Assembly: GCA_017962175.1 (NCBI GenBank)
Contig: JAGCVU010000229.1
Coordinates: 1,401 to 65,400, forward strand
DNA: 64,000 bases
From: Bacteroidales bacterium
GTDB lineage: Bacteria; Bacteroidota; Bacteroidia; Bacteroidales; UBA3824
Direction of reading: 5' to 3'
Every line of letters begins with the position of its first letter. Within the stretch, counting starts at the first letter, position 1. Under the pieces are notes generated by a model, which did no database searches, was not told the origin of the DNA, and was given only the letters and a program-made list of their open reading frames with translations. Position numbers and translations under genes: made by a program. Shown piece after piece: positions 17,634 to 27,394 of this stretch.

Positions 17634-19454
17634 CTACATTAAACCCGCGTTTTTGAGATATTCGTTTTTAGCGCGGATAAGAAACTCCTCGTTGTTGATG
17701 GTATTTTTCATATAGTTGAGCAACCACAACATAGCTTCCTCAGGATTCATATCTGCAAGATACTTACGGAGTTTCCAAATAATATCAAGCATACCGGGAA
17801 TAAGAAGTTTGTCTTCGCGACGTGTGCTCGAAGCGTTGATGTCCACAGCGGGGAAAATACGCTTGTTGCTGAGTTTGCGGTCGAGCTGAAGTTCCATATT
17901 ACCAGTACCTTTGAATTCCTCAAAAATCACCTCGTCCATCTTAGAGCCGGTGTCGATAAGTGCTGTGGCAATGATAGTGAGCGAACCGCCATCTTCGATG
18001 TTACGCGCTGCACCAAAGAAACGTTTTGGTTTGTGCAATGCGTTGGCGTCAACACCACCAGAAAGTACTTTGCCGGATGCAGGAGCTACGGTATTGTAAG
18101 CACGAGCAAGACGTGTGATGGAGTCTAACAAAATAACCACATCGTGTCCACATTCTACCATACGTTTTGCCTTTTCGAGTACGATGTTGGCTACTTTAAC
18201 GTGTTTTTCGGCTGGTTCGTCGAATGTTGACGAAATAACCTCTGCCTTAACGCTGCGTGCCATATCGGTAACCTCCTCGGGACGTTCGTCGATAAGAAGA
18301 ATTATCAAATAAACATCGGGGTGATTGTCGGCAATAGAGTTGGCTATATCTTTGAGTAATACTGTTTTACCTGTTTTGGGCTGAGCCACAATTAATCCGC
18401 GTTGACCTTTACCAATGGGGGCAAACATATCTACTACGCGGCACGAAAGATTTTTGGAGTGTTTGCCGCCGGTGAGGTTGAATTTTTCGTCTGGGAAAAG
18501 CGGTGTAAGATAATCAAATGGCACACGGTCGCGAATATAATCGGGTGTGCGTCCGTTGATTTCTATTACCTTGATAAGCGGGAAATATTTTTCGCTTTCT
18601 TTCGGAGGACGAATTGTACCGCGAACTGTGTCGCCGGTTTTAAGTCCAAAAAGTTTTATCTGAGTTTGCGATACGTAAATATCGTCGGGACTACTAAAAT
18701 AGTTGAAATCGCTACTGCGCAAGAAACCATAACCATCGGGCATAATTTCGAGCACGCCGGTGTTTTCAATTAAGCCGTCTACGTCGAATATTGAGGATTC
18801 TTTTTTAATATTTTTGAAATCAAAGTCGGACGATTCGGGAGCAGCGTCGTTGGTTTCAACTTGTTCTTGAGGTTGCTCTTTCGGTTCAGGAGCGGGAGCG
18901 TTTTGAGGCTCTTGAGGCTGAGGCTGTTGCTTGTTCTTTTTGATAATACGCTTAGAAACAGGCTTTGGAGCTTCGGGTTCCTCGGGTTCCATCTCTCTCA
19001 AAAAAGGATTGTCTGCCACAAAATCATCGGGCAAAGGCTGCAACATAGGCGGCAATTGATGATTTGATGGTTGCTGTGCAGGCTGCTGAGATGCTTGTGG
19101 CACTTGCTGTGTCTGCTGCTGAGTAAGTTGCTCATTTTGATAACTTTGAGTACCGTTGCTGATAGAAACAGACGCTACCGGCTTGTTTTTGAGCACAAGG
19201 CGATGACGTTTTTCACGATTTCTTACAGGCATTTCGGGAATTTCATACTCAACTTTGGGCGAAGTTTTAGGAGCTTCGTCTTTGATTTTAGGAGCCTTTT
19301 TGGGCTGAGGTTCTTCTTTGCCTTCTGTTTTTTCTAATATTTTGTCAATAAGTTCCTGTTTTTTAAAGTAATCGGCTTTGGGTATACCTAAGGTTTTAGC
19401 CAAATCGCGCAATTCAGGAACCAATCTCTTAGACAGTTCTTTTTTGTCGTACAT
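17634..19454 (-). CDS. rho: Transcription termination factor Rho with a long Q/P/E-rich insertion
   Basis: N-terminal [11 protein letters not shown] helix, [49 protein letters not shown] and FKGTGNMEL. Confidence 0.97.
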   Translation of the reverse strand: MYDKKELSKRLVPELRDLAKTLGIPKADYFKKQELIDKILEKTEGKEEPQPKKAPKIKDEAPKTSPKVEYEIPEMPVRNREKRHRLVLKNKPVASVSISNGTQSYQNEQLTQQQTQQVPQASQQPAQQPSNHQLPPMLQPLPDDFVADNPFLREMEPEEPEAPKPVSKRIIKKNKQQPQPQEPQNAPAPEPKEQPQEQVETNDAAPESSDFDFKNIKKESSIFDVDGLIENTGVLEIMPDGYGFLRSSDFNYFSSPDDIYVSQTQIKLFGLKTGDTVRGTIRPPKESEKYFPLIKVIEINGRTPDYIRDRVPFDYLTPLFPDEKFNLTGGKHSKNLSCRVVDMFAPIGKGQRGLIVAQPKTGKTVLLKDIANSIADNHPDVYLIILLIDERPEEVTDMARSVKAEVISSTFDEPAEKHVKVANIVLEKAKRMVECGHDVVILLDSITRLARAYNTVAPASGKVLSGGVDANALHKPKRFFGAARNIEDGGSLTIIATALIDTGSKMDEVIFEEFKGTGNMELQLDRKLSNKRIFPAVDINASSTRREDKLLIPGMLDIIWKLRKYLADMNPEEAMLWLLNYMKNTINNEEFLIRAKNEYLKNAGLM

Positions 19455-19505
19455 ATTTAATGATTGTATTTTATTTTAAATAGGACGGCTGTCCTTTCAA
19501 CGCTG

Positions 19506-19537
19506 CAAATATAAGCAGAGAATTGGTATTCTCCAAA
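19506..19537 (-). promoter_or_regulatory. Consensus Bacteroidota promoter for rho (TTTG-N20-TATATTTG)
   Basis: CAAA at 19534-19537 and CAAATATA at 19506-19513 on the plus strand, 20 nt apart. Confidence 0.75.
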
Positions 19538-19573
19538 TAAAAAAGAATATTTATGCAAATTTTGAGCGACAAA

Positions 19574-19933
19574 TTATTTCACAATAAGTTTCTTGATAAG
19601 CACTTTGTCGTCGTCGAATGTAATTTTTGCAAGATAAATACCTGATTCACAATTTTCTAAAAGGATGCTCAAGTCGTCGAAAATATACTCGTCGTTTTCT
19701 TTGGTTTTAACGCATTTGCCAATGATGTTGGTGATTTCAACTTTGCGGATGAGCGAAGCCGACTTGAAATTGACCACGTTGCCCACCACAGGATTGGGAT
19801 AAATTACCACCTCATGGTTGGTCAAATTCTGATTCTGAACAAAAAAATTGGGGATAATAGTCTTCTGCGCTTCGGCCTGCGAAAACGACATAATTAACAA
19901 TACAGTAGTTAGTATGGTTGCAATAATTTTCAT
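19574..19933 (-). CDS. Small protein made of a signal peptide and a T9SS type A C-terminal sorting domain
   Basis: IYPNPV...VEITNIIGK...SGIYLAKI...KKLIVK is the classic T9SS CTD pattern. Confidence 0.85.
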   Translation of the reverse strand: MKIIATILTTVLLIMSFSQAEAQKTIIPNFFVQNQNLTNHEVVIYPNPVVGNVVNFKSASLIRKVEITNIIGKCVKTKENDEYIFDDLSILLENCESGIYLAKITFDDDKVLIKKLIVK

Positions 19934-20010
19934 ATTAGTGATTGTTCAAAATACGTTATTTTTAACGGTCATCCGCAAAAAATGTTTCAATAAATATACC
20001 AAAAACAGAA

Positions 20011-20766
20011 CTAATCCGTTAGCGGTATGGTTTTGAGAATTTTTTCCAAATCTTCGGGAGTATCCACTGCCAAACCTTCAAAATCGGTAACACACACCTT
20101 TATATTATATGCATTTTCGATCCAACGGTTTTGCTCCAAGCGTTCGGCAAGTTCCAATGGCGACTGAGGCAAAAGGGTAATCTTCTGAAGAATATCGCTG
20201 CGATAAGCGTAAACGCCTATGTGACGGTAATATACGTGACTGTTTACCCATTGTTCGCGATCTTTGCCACGGTAAAAAGGTATAGGCGAACGACTAAAAT
20301 ATACAGCCTGAGATGCGTTGTTTACAATTACTTTGGCGGTGTTTTCCGAAAAAACTTCGTCGGATGTTTTGGCTACTTTTACCAATGTGGCAATTTCTAC
20401 TGAGCTATCGTTGAATAGGTTGCCAAGTTGACGCAATTGGTTGGGGTCTACAAAAGGTTCGTCGCCTTGAATGTTGATAACGGCATCAAATTTTTTGCCT
20501 GATTGCTGTTCGTATTTTTTTGCAGCCTCAGCGCAACGGTCGGTACCGCTCTGATGGCTTTCTGAAGTCATTATTGCACGTCCGCCAAATGATGTTACCT
20601 CATTGAAAATACGGTCGTCGTCGGTGGCAACTACCACATCTTCAAATGCTTGCGAGGCACGTTCATATACTCGGTGAATCATAGTTTTACCGCCTATCAT
20701 GGCAAGAGGTTTGCCGGGAAAGCGCGTTGAGGCGTAACGCGAAGGGATAATACCTAATATCTTCAT
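20011..20766 (-). CDS. kdsB: 3-deoxy-manno-octulosonate cytidylyltransferase (CMP-Kdo synthetase)
   Basis: IIPSRYASTRFPGKPL, SGTDRC, NIQGDEP, YFSRSPIP, HIGVYAY and LEQNR. Start ATG 20766; TACCTTTG at 20791-20798. Confidence 0.96.
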   Translation of the reverse strand: MKILGIIPSRYASTRFPGKPLAMIGGKTMIHRVYERASQAFEDVVVATDDDRIFNEVTSFGGRAIMTSESHQSGTDRCAEAAKKYEQQSGKKFDAVINIQGDEPFVDPNQLRQLGNLFNDSSVEIATLVKVAKTSDEVFSENTAKVIVNNASQAVYFSRSPIPFYRGKDREQWVNSHVYYRHIGVYAYRSDILQKITLLPQSPLELAERLEQNRWIENAYNIKVCVTDFEGLAVDTPEDLEKILKTIPLTD

Positions 20767-20935
20767 TGTCTTTTTTGATTTTTTCGTCTGCAAAGGTAAA
20801 AAAAAATTGATTATCAAGACAAAACATTTTTACAAAAAAAAATATATCAAAAAACGATTACGCGTATCATTTTTTTTCTTAAATTTTGAGTGTGGAAAAA
20901 AATTAAAAAATTCCGCTCAAAACAAACTGAAACAA

Positions 20936-21532
20936 ATGGAAGACTTAAAAAATATAGACCTACTATCGATCGACCGAAATTGGCTAATGCCCGAAGCGGG
21001 ACGAATACTCATATCAAAACCCTTTTCCGGCGATGAGTATTTCGACAAGTCGATAGTATACATCACCGAAAGCAACGACAAAGGCACAGTAGGTTTCATA
21101 CTCAACAAACCCGTGCTCACACATATGGACGTGCAACGCGGCGGCATTAAATCTGGTTCATGGAATCTTTGGTTTGGTGGTCCGGTGCGTAGCGACTATA
21201 TCTATTTCATACACACAGCCGGTCCCGACATCATTCCCGGCAGTCTCAAGGTGGCAGACGGCATTTACTGGGGTGGCGACTTTAATATGGTGTCGCAAAA
21301 AATCGAAAACGGCGAACTCAACGAAAACGCAGTAAGATTTTTTCTCGGATATTCAGGTTGGGAAAAAGACCAATTGGAAAAAGAAATCAACGAAAAATTT
21401 TGGATGGTGGGCAAACTTGAACCGTCGATTATAATGGACACCGATGCCGATGTGTGGAAAGAGGCAGTTAAAAACCTCGGCGGACGTTACCGCGTTTGGG
21501 AAAATCTTCCGCCCGATCCACTACTTAATTAA
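20936..21532 (+). CDS. YqgE/AlgH family protein
   Basis: GRILIS.P...YFDKSIVY...GTVGFILNKP, FGGPV, FFLGYSGWEKDQLEKEI and PPDPLLN. Start ATG 20936. Confidence 0.92.
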   Translation: MEDLKNIDLLSIDRNWLMPEAGRILISKPFSGDEYFDKSIVYITESNDKGTVGFILNKPVLTHMDVQRGGIKSGSWNLWFGGPVRSDYIYFIHTAGPDIIPGSLKVADGIYWGGDFNMVSQKIENGELNENAVRFFLGYSGWEKDQLEKEINEKFWMVGKLEPSIIMDTDADVWKEAVKNLGGRYRVWENLPPDPLLN

Positions 21533-21578
21533 TTGACAATGGATAATTGACAATGGACAATTGTCAACTGTAAATTAT
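21530..21578. repeat. Heptamer tandem/inverted repeat between convergent genes
   Basis: AATTGAC-AATGGAT-AATTGAC-AATGGAC-AATTGTC-AACTGTA-AATTA; the second half is an imperfect inverse of the first. Confidence 0.7.
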
Positions 21579-22444
21579 TAAAACTCATCAGCATAAAACT
21601 GATTGAGTCTGTTGAAAACCATTTCGGCGGTGCGGCGGTAATATCTGCGGTTTTGCCAACCCATTGCCCAAGATATACCATATTCTGTAGATGCAAAAAA
21701 TATTTCATCAGCCACTTGCATAAAATCAGGCGTTATGAGGGTTTCGGTGTTGGCTTTGATGTCGAGAATTTCAGCAATGTCGAGCACGTGACGGCGCATT
21801 ACCGAATCGGCACATCCGACAGACAATGGTGGAGTAAAAATCTCCGAATCGCGCACACAAAAAATATTTCCACTACGTGCACCTCCCACAATATCGCCCT
21901 GCGCATTAACGATACAAGCATCATTGGTGCGCGACTTGCGGGCAAACTGATAAGCAAGATTCTTAACCATACTTGCCGCATAGGTGTTGTAGTTGGCTAT
22001 ACGACCTGCCGGCATAGGTATCTCGTTGAAAATGCTAATCATAAACCCCTCTTTGTTAAGGTCGAATAGTACAGAAGGCATATGCTGCACAGTGGCTATG
22101 TAAATTACATCCGGCAAATCGAGCACGCCTCCGGTTCGCATCACCATCAGGGTCAACATTCCACCTTTGAATATCTTATTCTTAATCAGAAGTTTGGTAA
22201 GTTCCTCTTTGAGCACAGTGCGCTGCGATGAAAACTTGTCGGGAATGGGCATATTCATAAAAGTCATAGCCGCACAAAGTTTGTCGAGATGACGACCGAA
22301 AAACAGCATTGTGCTTGCATTGGTGCGAATCTGTTCAAAAACACAGTCGCCATAAAGCATAGCACGATTAAAAATATTGATATCCAATGTGTTTGACGGC
22401 TGATACTTGCCATTAAAATCTATTTGAGAACCCTGAATAACCAT
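21578..22444 (-). CDS. Aminotransferase class IV / PabC-like protein, probably catalytically degenerate
   Basis: NRAMLYGDCVFEQIR, GNIFCV, TPPLSVGC...VMRR and ADEIFFAS fit fold-type IV, but the expected PLP Lys position reads ANYNTY. Confidence 0.8.
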   Translation of the reverse strand: MVIQGSQIDFNGKYQPSNTLDINIFNRAMLYGDCVFEQIRTNASTMLFFGRHLDKLCAAMTFMNMPIPDKFSSQRTVLKEELTKLLIKNKIFKGGMLTLMVMRTGGVLDLPDVIYIATVQHMPSVLFDLNKEGFMISIFNEIPMPAGRIANYNTYAASMVKNLAYQFARKSRTNDACIVNAQGDIVGGARSGNIFCVRDSEIFTPPLSVGCADSVMRRHVLDIAEILDIKANTETLITPDFMQVADEIFFASTEYGISWAMGWQNRRYYRRTAEMVFNRLNQFYADEF

Positions 22445-22449
22445 ACCCG

Positions 22450-23088
22450 TTAAACAAACTGATTAATAAAATGCCGCAAAATAGGAGGATAAATAATTAT
22501 CGGGAAAACAATGCCAAAGATTGCGCCCCAAAAGTGAGCAGAATGTCCAATATTGTCGAGATTTTTTTTAGCCATGTAGTGACAATAGAGGAGATAAAGC
22601 GGTCCGAAAACGTATCCGGGAATGTGTACAGGAATGAAAAACAGTCCAATACCCAAATGCGGCATTATTAAAATGGCGGCAAAAATAATTGCCGAAACCG
22701 CTCCCGATGCTCCAATGGCGTTGTAATAAGGCTGCTCGCGATATTTAAAAAGGTCGGACAATGAGGCTACTGCAATTGCCAAAAGGTAAAATGCAGCATA
22801 AAGCACCTCGCCCATCACAGTGTCAAATATCTTTATAAAGGTGTTTTCTACCAAATAGCCAAAAAAGTACAACGTAAGCATGTTAAACGCCAAATGCCAC
22901 CATCCGCCGTGAACAAAACCTGACGATATAAGTCGGTGAAAATCACGCTTGTGCCACACCATATAGGCGTTAAACTTCAATTTGTCGAACCATTCGGGAC
23001 GCGCCATACTATAAGGCAACGGATTCTGATCCTGAAAGGCAGCTATCGAAATTATGCACGTTATTACTATTATAAAGGTAGTTATCAT
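22450..23088 (-). CDS. Rhomboid family intramembrane serine protease
   Basis: RLISSGFVHGGWWHLAFNM, catalytic GASGAVS and HSAHFWGA. Confidence 0.93.
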   Translation of the reverse strand: MITTFIIVITCIISIAAFQDQNPLPYSMARPEWFDKLKFNAYMVWHKRDFHRLISSGFVHGGWWHLAFNMLTLYFFGYLVENTFIKIFDTVMGEVLYAAFYLLAIAVASLSDLFKYREQPYYNAIGASGAVSAIIFAAILIMPHLGIGLFFIPVHIPGYVFGPLYLLYCHYMAKKNLDNIGHSAHFWGAIFGIVFPIIIYPPILRHFINQFV

Positions 23089-23237
23089 ACCATCAAGTTT
23101 ATTAATGCGCAAAAATATGGCTATTTATATTAAAAAAGAAATTTTTTTTAAAAAAAATCCTACCATAATTGCGCCTAATTACTATATTTGCATTAACAAA
23201 AACAAAAAACCGAAATACATTAAAACATTATAATTCA

Positions 23238-24149
23238 ATGACAAACAAAAGTCTGATATCAGTAACCGACTTCTCAACCGACGCTATTCTGCGAATACTT
23301 GAAATAGCCGAAGATTTTGAAAAGCATCCCGAACCGCACCTTTTGGACGGCAAAGTGGTGGCAACTCTGTTTTTTGAACCTTCTACTCGCACGCGCCTGA
23401 GTTTTGAAAGCGCAGTCAACCGTCTTGGCGGCAGGGTGATAGGTTTTTCCGACCCCAACATTTCGAGTGTATCAAAGGGCGAAACTCTCAAAGACACAAT
23501 ACGCATTGTATCAAACTATTGCGACCTTATTGTAATGCGTCATCCCCTTGAAGGCAGTTGCCGATATGCAAGCGAGGTGGCAACAGTGCCCGTAATCAAT
23601 GCCGGCGATGGTGCTCATCAGCACCCCACACAAACCCTTCTCGATATGTATTCTATCAAAAAAACTCAGGGAAGGCTCGACAATATCAACATTTTTATGG
23701 TGGGCGACCTCAAATACGGACGCACTGTTCACTCATTGGTTCAGGCTATGTCGCCGTTCAACCCGATTTTCAATTTTATTTCGCACCCCAAACTCAAAAT
23801 GCCGCAAGAATACCTCGATTTTCTTGATTCAAAACACGTTAAGTATTACGAACACGAGCAATTCAACAGCATTATTTCCGAGGCAGATATTATCTATATG
23901 ACCCGTGTGCAACGTGAACGTTTTCAGGATCTTATGGAATACGAAAAAACCAAAGACCTCTACATTTTGCGCAACAGCATGTTGGAAAACACCAAACCAA
24001 ATTTGAGAATTCTTCACCCGTTGCCCAGAATCAACGAAATTCAGCAAGACGTAGACACCAATCCCAAGGCTTACTATTTTGAACAGGCTCTAAATGGTGT
24101 GTACGCGCGTCAAGCCGTAATTTCTTACGTACTCGGATTAAAAAAATAA
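23238..24149 (+). CDS. pyrB: Aspartate carbamoyltransferase catalytic subunit
   Basis: [52 protein letters not shown] and HPLPR. TATATTTG at 23183-23190. Confidence 0.97.
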   Translation: MTNKSLISVTDFSTDAILRILEIAEDFEKHPEPHLLDGKVVATLFFEPSTRTRLSFESAVNRLGGRVIGFSDPNISSVSKGETLKDTIRIVSNYCDLIVMRHPLEGSCRYASEVATVPVINAGDGAHQHPTQTLLDMYSIKKTQGRLDNINIFMVGDLKYGRTVHSLVQAMSPFNPIFNFISHPKLKMPQEYLDFLDSKHVKYYEHEQFNSIISEADIIYMTRVQRERFQDLMEYEKTKDLYILRNSMLENTKPNLRILHPLPRINEIQQDVDTNPKAYYFEQALNGVYARQAVISYVLGLKK

Positions 24150-24169
24150 CCCTCTAAACCCTTGATACA

Positions 24170-24625
24170 ATGGATAAATCAGAACTCAAAGTAAACGCCA
24201 TAAAAGACGGAACGGTAATCGACCATATTCCCGCCAAAGACCTTTTTGAGGTTATCAAAATTCTCAACCTCGAAAAGGTGGACAACCAAGTAACATTTGG
24301 AACCAATCTCGACAGCAAAAAACTCGGCAAAAAAGCTATTATCAAAGTGTCGGACAAATTCTTTAAAGACGACGAAATCAATAAGATAGCCCTTATTGCT
24401 CCCAAGGCAAACCTCAATATTATCAAAAACTACGAGGTAATCGAAAAACGCCCCGTAGAGTTGCCTTCTACCATCAAAGGTATTTGTAAGTGTATGAATC
24501 CCAAATGTATAACCAATTCAGAGCCGATGTCTACCAAGTTTGATGTTATATCAAAAGAACCGCCGGCTTTGCGTTGTTTTTATTGCGGCAAAGTTACCGA
24601 CCGCGAACATTTTGTTATCATATAA
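24170..24625 (+). CDS. pyrI: Aspartate carbamoyltransferase regulatory subunit
   Basis: AIKDGTVIDHIP, and Zn ligands CMNPKCITN and CFYC. Confidence 0.97.
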   Translation: MDKSELKVNAIKDGTVIDHIPAKDLFEVIKILNLEKVDNQVTFGTNLDSKKLGKKAIIKVSDKFFKDDEINKIALIAPKANLNIIKNYEVIEKRPVELPSTIKGICKCMNPKCITNSEPMSTKFDVISKEPPALRCFYCGKVTDREHFVII

Positions 24626-24638
24626 AAATTTATAAAAA

Positions 24639-25166
24639 ATGGCAAAAAAATTAGAAGACTACATTACCACCATACCCGATTTCCCCGAAAAGGGAATAAT
24701 GTTTCGCGATGTAACAAGCGTGCTTGAAAGCGGCGAGGGATTGCGACTATCAATCGACGAACTTTACAACCTGACCAAAGATGTTGATTTCGACGTAGTT
24801 GCAGGTGCAGAAGCTCGTGGATTTATTTTTGGAATGCCGCTTGCCTACAAAGCTGGAAAGCCTTTTGTACCTGTGCGCAAAAAGGGAAAACTTCCTCGCG
24901 ACACATATCAGCAAACCTATAATCTCGAATACGGCACTGCCACAATAGAGATTCACAAGGATTCTATCAAACCCGGACAAAGAGTAGTACTTGTTGACGA
25001 CCTTATTGCTACCGGTGGCACAATCGAAGCCGCTGCCAAATTGGTAGAACAATGCGGCGGTATTGTGGTTAAAATATTGTTTTTGATAGAGTTAGAAGGT
25101 CTCGAAGGCCGCAAAAAACTATCGAAATACAATGTGGCTTCGGTGGTAAAATATCCGGGCAAATAA
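24639..25166 (+). CDS. apt: Adenine phosphoribosyltransferase
   Basis: IPDFPEKGIMFRD, EARGFIFG, RKKGKLP, LEYG and VDDLIATGGT. Confidence 0.96.
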   Translation: MAKKLEDYITTIPDFPEKGIMFRDVTSVLESGEGLRLSIDELYNLTKDVDFDVVAGAEARGFIFGMPLAYKAGKPFVPVRKKGKLPRDTYQQTYNLEYGTATIEIHKDSIKPGQRVVLVDDLIATGGTIEAAAKLVEQCGGIVVKILFLIELEGLEGRKKLSKYNVASVVKYPGK

Positions 25167-25174
25167 ACACTCGC

Positions 25175-27304
25175 TTATTTAGGATACTCTATACGAGCGT
25201 GATAAATATTTATCAGTTTCTCCTTAAACAGTTCCTTTACCTTGTCGATGTCTCTAAACGTTAGATTGGTATTGTCGAACTGTTTTTGGGCAATCTGACC
25301 GTTTATAATATTGTCTACAAGGTTGCTAATGGTAATGGTGTCGTAAGTTTTGAGACTTTTTGACGCAGCCTCGATAGAATCCGCCATCATCACAATTGCA
25401 TTTTCTTTGTTCAACGGACGCGGACCGGGATAGGTAAATTTATCGTCGCAATCCTCGTCGGGATGCTCGTTTTTGTACATTTTGTAAAAATATCCCGCCT
25501 TCGACGTGCCGTGGTGAGTTTTGATAAAGTCGATTATCTGAGTGGGCAATTTGTATTGTTTGGCAATATTAACGCCTTTAACCACGTGATTTATAATAAT
25601 TTCGGCACTTTTTAGATAATCGAGTTTATCGTGAGGATTAATGCCTGTTACCTGATTTTCAGTAAAATAGAGCGGTGCAGTAAGTTTGCCAATATCGTGA
25701 TAAAGGGCTCCGGTGCGTGCAAGGTGAGGATTACCGCCTACTTGAAAAATTGCGGCTTCGGCAAGGTTTGCCACTTGGGTGCAATGTGCAAAAGTTCCGG
25801 GGGCTTCTTCGGCTAATCGCCTGAGCAACGGACGGTTAGAGTCGGCAAGTTCCACAAGTGTAACATCGCTCAATAGTCCAAATACTTTTTCAAAAAGATA
25901 GATGGCAGGATAAGCCAAAAGCAACAGCATACTATTGATACCCAAATAGATAAGGTTTCGCCAATTGGTACCGTCAATATTGCCGTTGTACATAAATTCA
26001 AAGCTCAGGTACACCAGAGCGTAAATCACAAAGCAAATAAACGATGTGCGGAATACCAATCCACGACGGTTGATTTGCTGCAACGAAATAATCATAAAAT
26101 ATCCCGGCACAAACTGCATTACAAAATATTCAAACGAGTTGGGCACAACAAAACCAGTTGCTACACAAGCCATTATGTGGAAAAACAACGCCGTTCGGGT
26201 GTCGAAAAATGTCTTGATAATCAATGCCAATAGCAAAAACGGCACAACCCATATACTAAACAAATTGTAGCGAATTACAAGACTCATACCCACAATTACC
26301 AAAGTCATTAGGCTGAGTATCAGCATTGAATACTTGGTTTGAAAGAAAATTTCCTTGCGGAAAGTTTTCAAAAACATGTAGATGAGCGCAAAAAAGAGGA
26401 TAAACACAATAGCCTGACCAAGAAATGTGTAATTGTAGCCCGCTCCGTGGTCGCTTTGCTCGTATTCGCGGCGAAGCGATTCAAGTATGCGAAACTCCTC
26501 ATCGCCCACCATTTCGCCTTGGAAAATTATTCGCTGACCTTGCTGCACAATTCCGCGGGTCAAAGACATATTGTTAATTGTCTCATTTAAAACCTTTTGC
26601 GTAGTGGTTTCGTCGTAGTTGAGGTTTTGTTCAAGCCATTGATTCGGGTTGAGACTTTCTACAATTTTTTCGATATTTTTAAACTCGGTATCGGTCATTT
26701 TGCCTGCCGATTCGGACATAAAAGCGCGTATACAATTCTTTACATAAAGGTATGCCGCCTTGTTGGTAAACACCTCTGAAAAGCGTTTTTGAGTGGTGAT
26801 GTCGCCGTCGCGAATAAGGATAACGCGGTCTTTGAGGTCGGTGCCGTCGGCAAGGTTCTCAGTTTCAATAAGTCCGTTGGTGTAAACAAAATTGAGCGAC
26901 GAATAAACCGTATTGCGAAAATTATGGTAAATATCCTTAGTGCCAATGAGAGTGTCGTTTATGGTGTCGGTTCGTCCCACATATTCTTTCATCAGCGAAT
27001 TGTAGGCGGTGATAAAACGCTCCACATTATCAATTTGCACCTTGTTATCTTTGTTGAAATACTGCATAGCATCGTCGATGAGAGTATTTTTTTCCTCCTC
27101 CAACTGTTCGGCGCTTTTGTAAATAGCAAAATCAAACGGTGCAATAAGGTTTTCGTGTTTCCACGGGCTGCCCTTTTGGTATTCGTATTTAAACTTTCCC
27201 TCCTTAGGCAACACGTAAAGTATTATTAATACAGCAATTACGTAAATAAGTATTCTAAAAATACTTGACCACGTATTAATTAGCGAGCGATTTCTCTGTT
27301 CCAT
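25175..27304 (-). CDS. 7TM-HD (HDIG) membrane phosphohydrolase, PgpH/YqfF-like
   Basis: Large extracytoplasmic domain, about 7 TM helices, APGTFAH, YHDIGK, HHGTS, YPGPRP and MMADSIEAAS. Confidence 0.92.
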   Translation of the reverse strand: MEQRNRSLINTWSSIFRILIYVIAVLIILYVLPKEGKFKYEYQKGSPWKHENLIAPFDFAIYKSAEQLEEEKNTLIDDAMQYFNKDNKVQIDNVERFITAYNSLMKEYVGRTDTINDTLIGTKDIYHNFRNTVYSSLNFVYTNGLIETENLADGTDLKDRVILIRDGDITTQKRFSEVFTNKAAYLYVKNCIRAFMSESAGKMTDTEFKNIEKIVESLNPNQWLEQNLNYDETTTQKVLNETINNMSLTRGIVQQGQRIIFQGEMVGDEEFRILESLRREYEQSDHGAGYNYTFLGQAIVFILFFALIYMFLKTFRKEIFFQTKYSMLILSLMTLVIVGMSLVIRYNLFSIWVVPFLLLALIIKTFFDTRTALFFHIMACVATGFVVPNSFEYFVMQFVPGYFMIISLQQINRRGLVFRTSFICFVIYALVYLSFEFMYNGNIDGTNWRNLIYLGINSMLLLLAYPAIYLFEKVFGLLSDVTLVELADSNRPLLRRLAEEAPGTFAHCTQVANLAEAAIFQVGGNPHLARTGALYHDIGKLTAPLYFTENQVTGINPHDKLDYLKSAEIIINHVVKGVNIAKQYKLPTQIIDFIKTHHGTSKAGYFYKMYKNEHPDEDCDDKFTYPGPRPLNKENAIVMMADSIEAASKSLKTYDTITISNLVDNIINGQIAQKQFDNTNLTFRDIDKVKELFKEKLINIYHARIEYPK

Positions 27305-27394
27305 TTTTACATTTGATTGGATAATCCAAAAGCAAAGGTAGTAAAAAAATGATTTTATATATAAATTTGGAAGATTTTTTTTGGCTGGGCTTTT

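Noticed and set aside
23190-23237. Pyrimidine attenuator or leader peptide before pyrB
   Set aside because: The leader is short and A-rich with no hairpin or U tract.
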